64,000 bases of DNA. Origin: Eledone cirrhosa (lineage: Eukaryota). Numbering within the stretch: position 1 is the stretch's first letter; each line of letters begins with the position of its first letter. The notes below the pieces were generated by a model. It did not search any database. It saw only the letters and a program-made list of their open reading frames with translations, and was not told where the DNA came from. Below are positions 40,470 to 51,709 of the stretch, one piece after another. The DNA lies in assembly GCA_964016885.1 (NCBI GenBank), contig OZ024743.1, positions 285,262,001-285,326,000 of the forward strand. Reading direction: 5' to 3'. The translations under genes were made by a program, and so were the position numbers.

Positions 40470-41182
40470 CAATTCACTCTGTAAAGTGGTCATGTCTGTG
40501 ACATGACAAAAAGTATCTAATCTTCCCTGTAAAGTGGTCAGGCTGGTAACATGACAAAAAGAACCCAGTCCACCTTGTAATGTGGTCATGTTGGTGACAT
40601 GACCAAAAACACCCAGTCCACCTTGTAAGGTGGTCATGTTGGTGACATGCAAAGGACACCCAATCCACCCTGTAAAGTGGTCATGCTGGTGACAACAAAA
40701 AAACATTCAATCCACCTTGTAAAGTAGTATTGGTGACATGACAAAAAGCACCCAGCCCACCCTGTATGATGGTCATGTCGGTGATATGACAAAGAACACC
40801 TAATCCACCCTGTAAAATGGTCATGTTGGTGACATGACAAAAGGCACCCCACACACCCTGTAAGGTGGTTGTGTTAGTGACATAACTAAAAGCATCCAGT
40901 CCACACTGTAAGGTGGCTGTGTTGGTGACATGAGTGGTTGTGCTGGTAATACAATGGAAAAATACCTAGTTCAACGTGTCAGTTGGTCATTTTGGTGGTA
41001 CGATAAAAAGCATTCAGTCCACACTGTTAATGTGGTTGGTGTTAGGAAGGGTATCCAGCTGTAGAAACAAGCTAGAAGCAGTTCTGTATGAACAAAATAC
41101 TGTCACCAATTTGACTTTCTCACAACAGGGCAACTCATCTAACCCATGCTAGCAAGGAAAATGGATGGTAGACGATGATGAT
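40470..41182 (+). repeat. ~40-bp degenerate minisatellite plus RTE-type 3' tail (left part of the array lies at ~37470-37519)
   Basis: Unit approximately CCAGTCCACCCTGTAAAGTGGTCATGTTGGTGACATGACAAAAAGCAC, more than 10 copies, followed by the AGGAAGGG.ATCCAGCTGTAGAAAC tail. Confidence 0.85.
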
Positions 41183-42164
41183 TATATATATATATATATA
41201 TATATAGCATATACGTTCCCCCAGTGATGGCCAAATCGAAATTCTAACCATATTGAATATTTCTTAATATTGAAATGCAGTGGAATCAATAGAGAGTGGG
41301 ACAAAATAGGGTGTGATATTTAGTTATGTCCCTTTAAATTCTTTGTTTTACTCTCACTGGGTTTGCTGCTTCCTTTGAAGATGTCCAAATGCCTTTCATT
41401 GCCTTGGGGTTGATATACATTTCTCCTACAAATTTGTGGCCTTATGCCAATATTTCTTAACATCATTGTGCAGACAAAAATAAAACCAATGCTGGCAACT
41501 TGATATGGCCACAAGTGTTCTCAAATTCTATCTAATTTTGAAAACGTTTTGTACCAACAATGAAATAATGGTAAAGACTTAGTGAACAGCTTTCATTTAT
41601 GGCTCTAGCTAATTCCTTCCAGTTACATTTCTCATGCAAGCGTAAAACAAGGCATGGCCATTACACAATATTTTTTTGTCCTCATCAAATCAAAACCTTT
41701 TACTCATTAATAATAATTTACTATTATTTAAAGACTAGAGAATAATCTGAGGGAGTTTTCATTGCTATTTCTAGCAGATCAATTGATTATAGAGGTTCCC
41801 TCATAAATCTTGGTAAAGGAAACAGCATAGTGAGTAAAGTGAAGTCAGTTAGAGCTCATTAGTTGCTGTTCCTCTAGACTAATAATTACTGTTTCACATT
41901 GCAGCACAGTGGTTTCAGCCTAGTGAGGCTATAGATATTGTAGCTATTTCTATGTGTAACAAAAGTACATCACTGATACCTATTTATTGATCATTGAGGG
42001 ATAAAAGACCAAGTCATCTTTGATAGAATTTGAAAATCAGGATGTAGATATACAGATTTGTAATTTCAATCGCTTCTCCATCTTTTCATATTTTAAATCT
42101 TAAAACAATATACCCCACAATAAATAAACAACATAATTTCACAATAATAGCACATTGCACTATA

Positions 42165-42362
42165 TGAGAGTCAGCTGAAAAGTTCATAGGCTGACCAAGA
42201 TACTCCCATAGAATGACCAAATGAGGTTTATTTTTCAACATAGCCCCTGGAAAGAAACAATTCAGTTATTAATAAAAAGAGTTGAAATTAGTGTTTGTAA
42301 GATTTCACAGCTCTAGTATTACTACTTCATTGTCAGCTTATGAACTTTTCAGCCAACCCTCA
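42165..42362. mobile_element. Mariner-type MITE, same family
   Basis: TA TSD and TIRs as above. Confidence 0.8.
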
Positions 42363-42494
42363 TAAATAAATGAAGGACACACAGAATATCAGTGCCACAC
42401 AGGATGGATTAATTCATTTTCACATCTTGAAAAGTATAGTAGAAACTCTTCATTTAAAAAATGTGTCACATTTAGACTTATTTTGTTTTGACAG

Positions 42495-43510
42495 GTTTTA
42501 AGGTCTTAAGGTTAACTTGTCAAAAACTAAAGTCCTAGTATGTAGAAAGGAAAACAGGGCCTAGATTCTGTCAGGGAAATGGTCTTGCTTAGTGTGCAGA
42601 AAAGAATGGAAAACAGGGCCTAGTTTCTCTCAGGCCTTGCTCAGTGTGCAGAAAAGGACGGGATGGAGAAAGTTCAGGGAGCTACTACCGCTGCTAACTA
42701 CAAAAGGTTTCTCCCTCAAATTGAAGGGCAGATTGTATGATGCATGTATACGAACAGCAATGTTGCATGGTAGTGAGACCTGGGTGCTGTGTACAGAGGA
42801 CCTGTGAAGATTGGAAAGAAATTAAACTTCCATGCTTCAATGGATGTGTTATAGTAAGCATAAATGAACTGAGAGAGAAACTGGGCATAAGAGGGATCAG
42901 ATGCAGTGTACAGGAGAGGAGATTGCATTGGTATGGACATGTGATGCGTATGAATGATGACAGCTGTATAAAAAGCTGCAGAGCACTTAAAGTTGATGGA
43001 AGCTATGGAGTGGGAAGACCCAGGAAGACTTGGCATGAGGTGATAAAAGCTGACCTTGCACAATTGCACCTCTTAAAGGCAATGATACCGGACTGAGATC
43101 TCTGGCGTTATACAGTAATACAGAAGACCTGCCTTCTCATGTGCACTGATTGAAGCATACATCTAGTATGCACCTCCTTCCCTTCCATATAACTCCCAGG
43201 TGGTAACGCTCCACCCACGTCCAAACACCCCACCCCTCACCTACATCCTACGTCTACCTCCCCCACCTAAGTCCCCAGTCCACACAATAAAATGGTCATT
43301 TTGGTGCCGCAACAAAAAGCGCCCAGTCCACACTGTAAAGTGGTCATGCAGATGTCATGACAAAAAGCACCCAGTACACACTGTAAATATGGTTGGCATT
43401 AGGAAGGGCATCCAACCATTGAAACCAAGCCAAAATCAGTTCTGCATGAGCAAGACATGGTCATCTGACCTGGCTTGTCTCACAATGGGACAACTCGTTT
43501 AACCCATGTT
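42495..43510 (+). mobile_element. RTE LINE 3' fragment with 3' UTR repeats
   Basis: RTGWRKFRELLPLL...MLHGSETW...RRLHWYGHVMR...GRPRKTW; homologous to 62730-63990. Confidence 0.88.
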
Positions 43511-43529
43511 ATGTCTGAAGCAGCCATCT

Positions 43530-44190
43530 CCAACTGGGCTGGACGCTTTTTGTTGTGTCGCCACCATGCCCATTTTATAGTGTGGTCTGGGGGTTTTGAT
43601 GGGAAGAGTGTGTGGGGATTAGGGAGGTGGTTATATGGGTGTGTATGAGGGGCAGAGTTAGGACGTGGGAGGTGTGTTGGAGGGGGATGATGCTGTTTAC
43701 TGCTCTAGTGCAACAGCTACATGTAAAACCTACATTCTTAGCTAAACTACCTGAGATCTCACTAAATCTCTTGTGTACCAATAGTTTGCATTTGGGACAG
43801 TGGATAGAATTTATACCTACACACTGAGCAAAGCCATTTCCCCAAGGGGATCAGGGATCTGTTTTCCCTTCTACTTACTAGGACCTTAGCCTTTCTAGGC
43901 CATGCTTCCAGGTTTAGAATTTCTTTTCTAATTCTGCCATAAATTCAGTAATGAGTGTGAAGTCATCTGCATATAGGAGTTCCCATGGGCAGCTGGTCAT
44001 AAACTTCTCTGTTATAGCCTGAAGAATAATAAACAGAAGAGGGCTAAAGACAGAACCTTGGTGGACGCCAACCTGCACGTTAAATTCCTTGCTATAGTCA
44101 TTGTTAATCCTAACTTTGCTGACTTCTCCCATATACATAGCTTGTACAGCATTCACAAGCCACTCTTCTACTAGTTTTCTAAAAGCTCAT
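43530..44190 (-). mobile_element. RTE LINE fragment (RT core), inverted relative to its neighbour
   Basis: KVRINNDYSKEFNVQVGVHQGSVFSPLLFI...LLYADD, followed by the Cys-rich segment VHKR...FTCSCC. Confidence 0.88.
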
Positions 44191-44258
44191 CATATATGTA
44201 TATATATATATAAATTCATATATTCGACAACTGTTGTTGTATGGCATTAATTGTATTT

Positions 44259-44445
44259 GGCGGTGGATTGGCAGTATCGGTAGAGGGTTGGATGCCATGC
44301 TTTGACGCAGAGTTACGGCCTTGCCATTCTGAGTTTAAATCCCGCTGGGGTTAACTTTGCCTTTCATCCTTACGAGATTGATAAAATAAAGTACCAGTAA
44401 TACACTGGGATAATTGCTGGCCTTGTGCCAAAAGTAGAAACAATT
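44259..44445 (+). mobile_element. Same SINE family, full length
   Basis: Matches 56499-56684; TSD ATTAATTGTATTTGGC at 44246 and 44443. Confidence 0.85.
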
Positions 44446-46062
44446 AATTGTATTTGGCAATTTCAGGACAGTATTGTTAAATATGTTACCAAATTGAATT
44501 GCAGAAGTAAATTAACTTCCAAAAATAATTTTAAAATAATTCAACTGAAAAAACAAAGCAAACCTATTCAAAAATATAAATGAAACCTCTACAAGATTTT
44601 GTATTTATTAATGCAGTACATTTTTTGTATCTCCATAAATTGTTTTAATTTCAGAATTTGTTTCTGTTAGTCGTTGTTAAATTGTTTTTGTGTACAATTT
44701 TCTTACCGTCTTACTTTTGTTTCAATTGTTGTTGAACACATCGAAAAATAGTAATAAAATGTAGTGGGAATGAAATTTCCAATTTTATACCCTCGAAACT
44801 ATGATTAGTTTTGTAGTAAATTCTGATTCGAACAAATAGAAATAGAAACATGTTTCAATAAATAGTGCTTCATTACAATTATCTTTCAAAATTGTGGTTA
44901 TACCGTAGGTTTATTTCTCTAAAAGTTTCATGCGGAACCCAATTAAAAAAATACTGAGTTAACTAATAAGTTTAGGTTATACAGCCAATTTTGGAAATTA
45001 GAGCATCCGTATATATTTAATATCAATCGTCAATGAATTGTTTAATCCAAGGTTTAGTCTCGTAACTCTCAATTGTTAATAAATTTACAAAAGTCGTATT
45101 TTTGTTAATAACAATATTTATGCACCGGAAATTACAAATAACCTTTAATAATAATTTTTAAAATGAATTATGTAAATAGAAATATATAACGAGCTGAAAA
45201 CTTAATATGTATTGTTGACGATAAAAGACACCATGCTTCTAAAGGAAGGTAACTCTAGCAATACTTCAGTCCAGCCTTGGACAAGACTTAGCTGGTTTGG
45301 CCTGCGTGTACGTGCGGGACCAACTTGGACATGCAGATGCCATCTGACAAGTGGCGTACTGTTTATTGTTCCTGAAGGTCACCTTCTTTTTGCATATAGT
45401 TGAAGTCATTGCAAAAGTAACGTTTCCTACACTTTTTTAAATTATCCCTTTCTCTGGCGAATACCCTCACACACATTTTGGATTTTTATCGCATTTCTTA
45501 AGTCTTAATTGAAATTACGATTGATTGGTTCTCTGCACACCAGCTTGTCTTTCTGATCCTGGTTGATCGCATAATCGTATCTGTCAGAACTTGTGAGAAA
45601 GTCTTGAAGTGTTAAAGAAGGAATAATAATAATAATAATAATAAAAAGATAATCACGTAACCAGTGTTTCAGGTGCTAAGTTCTGTCTATGGAATATAGA
45701 CATTCAAGCACACCCAAAACAGACACTGTATATGGCTTCTTGCACATATTAGCTGATCTTGTTATACCAATTGACTATATTACATGAAAAAAAAATATAT
45801 ATATATATATATATATTAACAAACCTTATAGAACTGTGATGACTTTATATAAGTAGTATGTTTATTTTACTTCTTCGATAGTCAGGTCAGCTGACTCTTT
45901 CCAAATAGGGACGTTACTTTTTTCGTTTATTTTTATTCTTTGAATTTTAATTCTGTATGTAATCATCTGTGATTATTTCAGTAAGTGGCTAATTTATCTA
46001 AATATAAGTTATTCTGGATAGAGAAAAAATAGAGAATAGGTGTGGTTGATTTGAGAAAAAAA

Positions 46063-46182
46063 ATGGGGAATACAACATCTGGTAAACGACATAATTCCGG
46101 GGACGATGCTGGACCTACGATAACAGCACATCGACTAGGGGATATTTCTCTTGAAGATGACTTTGCACCAAGCCTTTTCAGG
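46063..46182 (+). CDS. First coding exon of a probable AMP-activated protein kinase beta subunit (PRKAB1/2-like); remaining exons not found in the window
   Basis: aaaATGG context; MGNTTSGKRHNSGDDAGPTITAHRLGDISLEDDFAPSLFR; MGxxxS myristoylation motif, with MGNTTS matching the human PRKAB2 N-terminus as recalled; phase-0 donor AGG|gtaagc; upstream acceptor ttatttcag at 45981. Confidence 0.68.
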
Positions 46183-48280
46183 GTAAGCTGAAATTTTTTA
46201 TTCTTATATAGAATAACAAAAATATTTATTATCCTTATTTTTCTCCCTTGTGTGTTTATGTAGGTGTACACTTTTACTCCCTACACCTGTCCTGTTCAGC
46301 GTGGCAGAAGCGTGTGTATGTTTTGTATACCCCATCCACTAGCTGTTTCACTTCTCTCCCAACTTCGCATTTTCTGTTCAGAAAACATATTTTAATATTT
46401 ATTTCCCGTTGTAGTCGTTGATAATATATTCAAGATATAGGCACATACGCACTATATTAAACATTTAATCTTTATAAATTTGTGCACACACACACACATA
46501 TATACTCATATATATATACATACACACACACGTATATATGTGTCTATTATTACATTTTAGTAATATATACGATACCTAAGCTGAAATAGTTTCGACACTT
46601 ATTTTCTTATGAATTCCTTTTGTATTTCCTCTATTGATATAGAGCCAAAAAGTTTAGTTATATATAATCTAGACTGCGTATGTTATGTGTATTTATTTCG
46701 TTTATTTTCTTGCGTGATAAAAGTGATTTTTTTTTAAATTTTTTTTTTAATTTTTTTAAATAAAAAAAAAAGAAACATGATTTATGTTTCTCCTTTATTG
46801 TATATTTTCTACTTCCATATATTGGTTTTTAAATTTGATATCGAACGTTTAACGCCTGTATTGTGAGCACTTTCACTGGAATGTCTGTTTATTGTAAACA
46901 AACACTGATACCGTGTTCTCGTACCACCACACGCACACAATTCACTGATTATTGCAAATTAGGGAAAAACAAACTAGTCCATTATATATTTTGCCAAGAT
47001 TTTCTCGGTCAAGTTTTCAAAGCTGAGTTTTTAGACGTTAATTTCAAATGAATGTGTGTATGTGTAATGTTCTTGGGTTTAATATTTCTTAACTGTTACT
47101 TTGCACCATTTAAAATTAATGTTCTAAGAGGCCATACTATTCCGTACATAGACATAATAATGTCTTATAGAATGGAACGCGAAGTTGTGGTAGCAATGCA
47201 TTTCAGAAGAGTATTAGTAGACACATACATTGGTTTTAATATGACATGGAAACCTTGTCGTGAATTCGAGTTTGAGCAAATTTGTAATTATTTTTTTTGT
47301 GTGAATATTCTAAACACGAGATTGAGATCTGAAGAGGAGAATGGTAAGATTGTATGGCGTTCATGCCTTTAAGGACATTCATGATATAGCTAGAATGTAA
47401 TTGCTGAGGAATACAAAGTTTGCTGTGGTCAACTCAAATACAGTGTCTTTGTTGTTTAAGTCACTAATGAAATATTTCTCAAAATCACACATTTCATTTA
47501 AATAAGATTAACAATTAATTAGGCTTGTCCTTACCGATCCCTTCCCTCACATAGTTTTATATAACATCCTTTAAATATCAAACTTCGAACAAAATTAGAT
47601 GCGGCAATTCTCATTTCTTGTATTTGAACTTTTGAAACAAACACGCAAATTTCAATCAAGTTTGTATGTCTATAATGGCTCAAATTATTAATTTTTATAT
47701 GTAATTTAATAAATACTTGGAATATTTTCTATTTAACAGTATGATTCCGACTTTGAGCTATAAATTAAAAATCGAATAACCAGAAATATACTGTATTTTG
47801 ATAACATCGAAATTTTCATTTTTAATCATATTTTTTATTATAGTTTGTTATATGCAAAAGTAATTAACAAACTCGGTGAAACCAGTTTCGATTGAGACTA
47901 GAGAGCTAGCTACAGAATGGGTTCGCCAAGAATTTAATTACCATAACAGGGGGCTAAAACAAGACATCAATAGTGGTTTAAAATCAATACTAACTTGCTT
48001 GTGCTTCATTTATCTTGTTTAAGTGATATTGATTTTCTTTTGACTAGTCACATAAACAATTTTGCAGAGGAAGATATTTTATAGTCAATTTAATTTTTTA
48101 ATATAGTATAGTACTTTATCGACACGGGGAAAATAAAATCAAAGTTGGCTCTTATGAGATTTGAACTCTGAAATGAATTCTTAATTTAACACTGCCACAA
48201 ATTTGTATGAATAACACAATTGAAATAAATGACTTTGTTTCAAGAGATTTTAAACTGAATAATTAAGACTGTTAATTAAG

Positions 48281-48617
48281 GAGGCACATGGCTTAATGGT
48301 TAGAGCATTGACCTTGCAATCGAAAGGTTGTGAGTTCAATTCTCACACCGGGTGATATGTTGTTTCCCTGAGCAAGACACTTTATTTCACATTCCTCCAG
48401 TTTACTCAGCTGTAGAAATGAGATGATAGGGACTGGGGTCCCTATCAATCTACTGTAAAGTGGACGTGTAGGCGCCACGGAAAAAAGCACCCAGCACTCA
48501 CTGTAAATGAGGTTGGTGTTAGGAAGGGCATCCAGCTGTAGAAATCATGCCAGAATCAGTTCCCGTCCCACCCTTGCAAGCAGGGAAAATCGGACGTAAA
48601 ATGAAATGATGATGATG
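48281..48617 (+). mobile_element. Composite SINE: tRNA head, V-domain-like core, RTE-derived tail ending in (TGA)n
   Basis: TGGCTTAATGG and GTTCAATTC boxes; CCCTGAGCAAGACACTT core; GGTTGGTGTTAGGAAGGGCATCCAGCTGTAGAAA tail shared with the RTE 3' UTR; TSD AATTAAG. Confidence 0.75.
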
Positions 48618-50939
48618 AATTAAGTCTAGTTTTCTATTGATACAGCCAATATGTGCTGTCACTTTAATTTTTTCTGCATGGAAACCTTACATATTTAAAA
48701 TATGAAGATTAAGAAAATATACAAAAATACTTTCAAATAAACCTTCAGCAAGGTTCAATTTCCAGAAAAAATTCATCCTTTTTATTTAAAATCATGTTTC
48801 GGGTTGACCTGGTGGTTAATTGTCTCTGCACATTTGTTTTAGTTTAAGAAAAAAAAATTTACTGTGATATGTAGCTTAAGTGATTTCTTTCTCATGTACA
48901 AGACTTTCAATGGAAAGAAGAAATACTTTTAGTAGATTTACTTGATACATACATTCACTCAGCCTATCAATATTATTGAATGTAATGTAATTTAAATCAT
49001 GACCTCAGAGAAATTTTGCAAGGAGGAACAAAACTGTCCTCAGGTCAGAGAGGTGGTGGTTTGGAGGAACTCCACAAACAATTCAAAGGCACAGGAAGGT
49101 TTGATTTTAGTTGGATTGTCATATATCCACAGGTTTTTCCTTGGTTCTCCCGGCCCTGGTCTAATGTACCATCTTCTCTCTTACTGCTCATGGGTATACA
49201 AATCAGTTGTTATTCATATTAAATATATTTTTTATTTAAAATTAGGGTCCTAGTGATTTTATGTATATATTCAGTGCTCATTTCCTTACCCACTTTGCTA
49301 CAGTTTGGTTTAAAAATAAAGTATCATTCATTTTATTATTTATACTAACAGTACTGCTCAGATAAATAAATTTTCTCAGTTATCAGCTCTCTCCATTTCC
49401 TGCTTTCTTTCCTTAAAATTGTTGGTAATAAGTATGTAATTGATTTGTTGGAATTTGACCCCAGTTTTGTTTCTAGATATATAAAATAGAGATCTGATTT
49501 GTATAACAACTGTTTTGGTCTTCTCATTTTGCATGTAATTCCGATTTTGGATAGGGTTGATAGGTTTGGCTTCTATAAGGAGCACATCAAAGGACAACAT
49601 ATACACTTTCCTTTTCTTTAAAAATAGATTCATTCTTTTCTGTTTTAATAAACATATATAGAAAACATCTGCAACATCAGTAACTATACTCACTCCAAAG
49701 GCATCTATAATAAGAGTAAAGTATATTTTTGCTTTATTTGAAAATCTACTTTGGCCTGCATCATTTACTCCATAACATTTCTATCATTTTCAGAGCTTTG
49801 TAGGCTTTGAAATAACACAATGCAATTTAATATCCTTCATCATCATCCTCATATAATAACCATTTTTATTCTGCTGTAGTACTTAAGTGAAGTTACTACC
49901 CTCCCAGATGGGCCTGAGGTGACATTGTGCTTACAATATACTCTGTAATGTGGTTGGCATTAGGAAGAGCATTCAGTTGAAGAAACTGTGCCAAATATGG
50001 AACGTATGAGTATGATGATGTCTCTCTAACCAAGCTACTCCCAGACCATGACAACCCATTTCAGCATGAAAAACAGATGTTAAATGGGGATAACACTTTT
50101 TGCTTTTGGAATGGCTTCTGCAGCTGGATGCTCTCCCTGTCACCAACCACTTTACAGAGTATGTTGAGTGTATTTTATCATTGCACAGGCACTATGAAGG
50201 TTGTAATGTCCTTGGTACAACTAAAGACTCCTCTCAACTTATTTTGTATGGTTTCTATGGCTGGATGCCCTAACAATAACCACTTTATAGGGTATACTCT
50301 TCATCATCATCGTTTAATGTCCATTTTCCATGCTAGCATGGGTTAGACAGATTGTCCTGTTGTGAGACATGTCAGATCAAATGATCATGTCATGCTCACA
50401 CTGAACCATTTTTAGTTTGGTTTCTACAGCAGGGTGCCCGTCCCAATGCTAACCACATTTACAGGTGTGGACTGGGCACTTTTGTTTTGTCTCCAAAATA
50501 ACTACTTTACAGTGTGGATTGGGTGCTTTTTGTCTTCAACATGACCACTTCACAGTTTGGGCTGAGTGCTTATTGTCATGTATTACCAGCCCAACCATTC
50601 CACAAGGTGGACCATGTGCCTTCTGTTGAACCACTAACACGAGCACCTTATAAGGCGGGATGGGTGCCTCCTGTCATGTCAACATGACTGCATCACTCGG
50701 GGTCACCAGCACGACCACTCTGCAGGGTTAGGTGTTCTTTTATCATGTTACCTAACAGAGTATTCAGTGTTCTTTTGTCCTGAAACCAACATGGTGGACT
50801 TCAGGCTTTTGTTGTGTCATTCTTCTTTATATTAATTTCTTGGTTGAATAATTACTAAAAATATTTATAGGTGAAACTAAAAATATATACTTGTTCAAAA
50901 TACTTTGCAGTCTCTTAGCTTTTTGATCATCATTTATAT

Positions 50940-51123
50940 GGATTGGCAGTATCGGTAGAGAGTCGGACACCATGCTTTGAAGCATAGAGTTAGGTCCCTT
51001 TATGATCTGAGTTCAAATCCCGCCGAGGTTAACTTTGCCTTTCATCCTTACGGGGTCGACAAAATAAAGTACCAGTAATGTACTGGGTAATTGCTGGCCT
51101 TCTGCCTAAAATCGAAACAATTA
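50940..51123 (+). mobile_element. Same SINE family
   Basis: Sequence match to the other copies. Confidence 0.85.
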
Positions 51124-51308
51124 ATATCTAACTAAATGTAAGAAAGATGTCCATACTAATTTACTTATTTTTAATTTTTCTTTTACATTCTATAAAGTAT
51201 TAATGAATTCTTTCTTAGATACAAACATATTTTTTTTGTAATGCAGATCACAACTTCATTCAATGTTTTCCACCTCTACATAGATTCAGGAAATAATTAT
51301 CAGTAATT

Positions 51309-51403
51309 TAATTGTTTCTACTTTTGGCACAAGGCCAGCAATTATTCCAGCGTATTACTGGTACTTTATTTTATCGACTCCGTAAGGATGAAAGGCAAAG
51401 TTA
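51309..51403 (-). mobile_element. Same SINE family, 5'-truncated
   Basis: 3' half only. Confidence 0.8.
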
Positions 51404-51504
51404 ATTATTTCCCGAATCTATGTAAATGTGGAAAACATTGCTTAGATTTGTAGACTTGTGAAATTTGAACTCTTGTGGAATTTTTTAGTAATATCAGTCA
51501 TTAA

Positions 51505-51709
51505 CCCTTTAGCATTTAAACCAGCCATATCCGGCCAACATTCTCTCACTTCTTTCTGTTCAAACTGGACATAACCAGCTACTCATACCGATGTTGAGGT
51601 ATTGTTTGCAAAATAAATATCAAAATCTCATAGATTCGATATTATGTAAGAAAAAGCCTTTACCACGAAAATATAATAGTAAATGTAGAATAATGTAAAT
51701 ACTAAAGGG
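51505..51709. mobile_element. piggyBac-type MITE, same family
   Basis: TTAA|CCCTTTAG ... CTAAAGGG|TTAA. Confidence 0.8.

Noticed and set aside
40470-41030. CRISPR-like regular array
   Set aside because: Units are contiguous degenerate repeats with no unique spacers, there are no cas genes, and the context is a eukaryotic retroposon 3' UTR.
48281-48352. tRNA gene
   Set aside because: No proper acceptor stem or terminator; it continues into a SINE body with a tail and TSD.
48999-49253. Short ORFs as further AMPK beta exons
   Set aside because: No recognisable homology or convincing splice pair.
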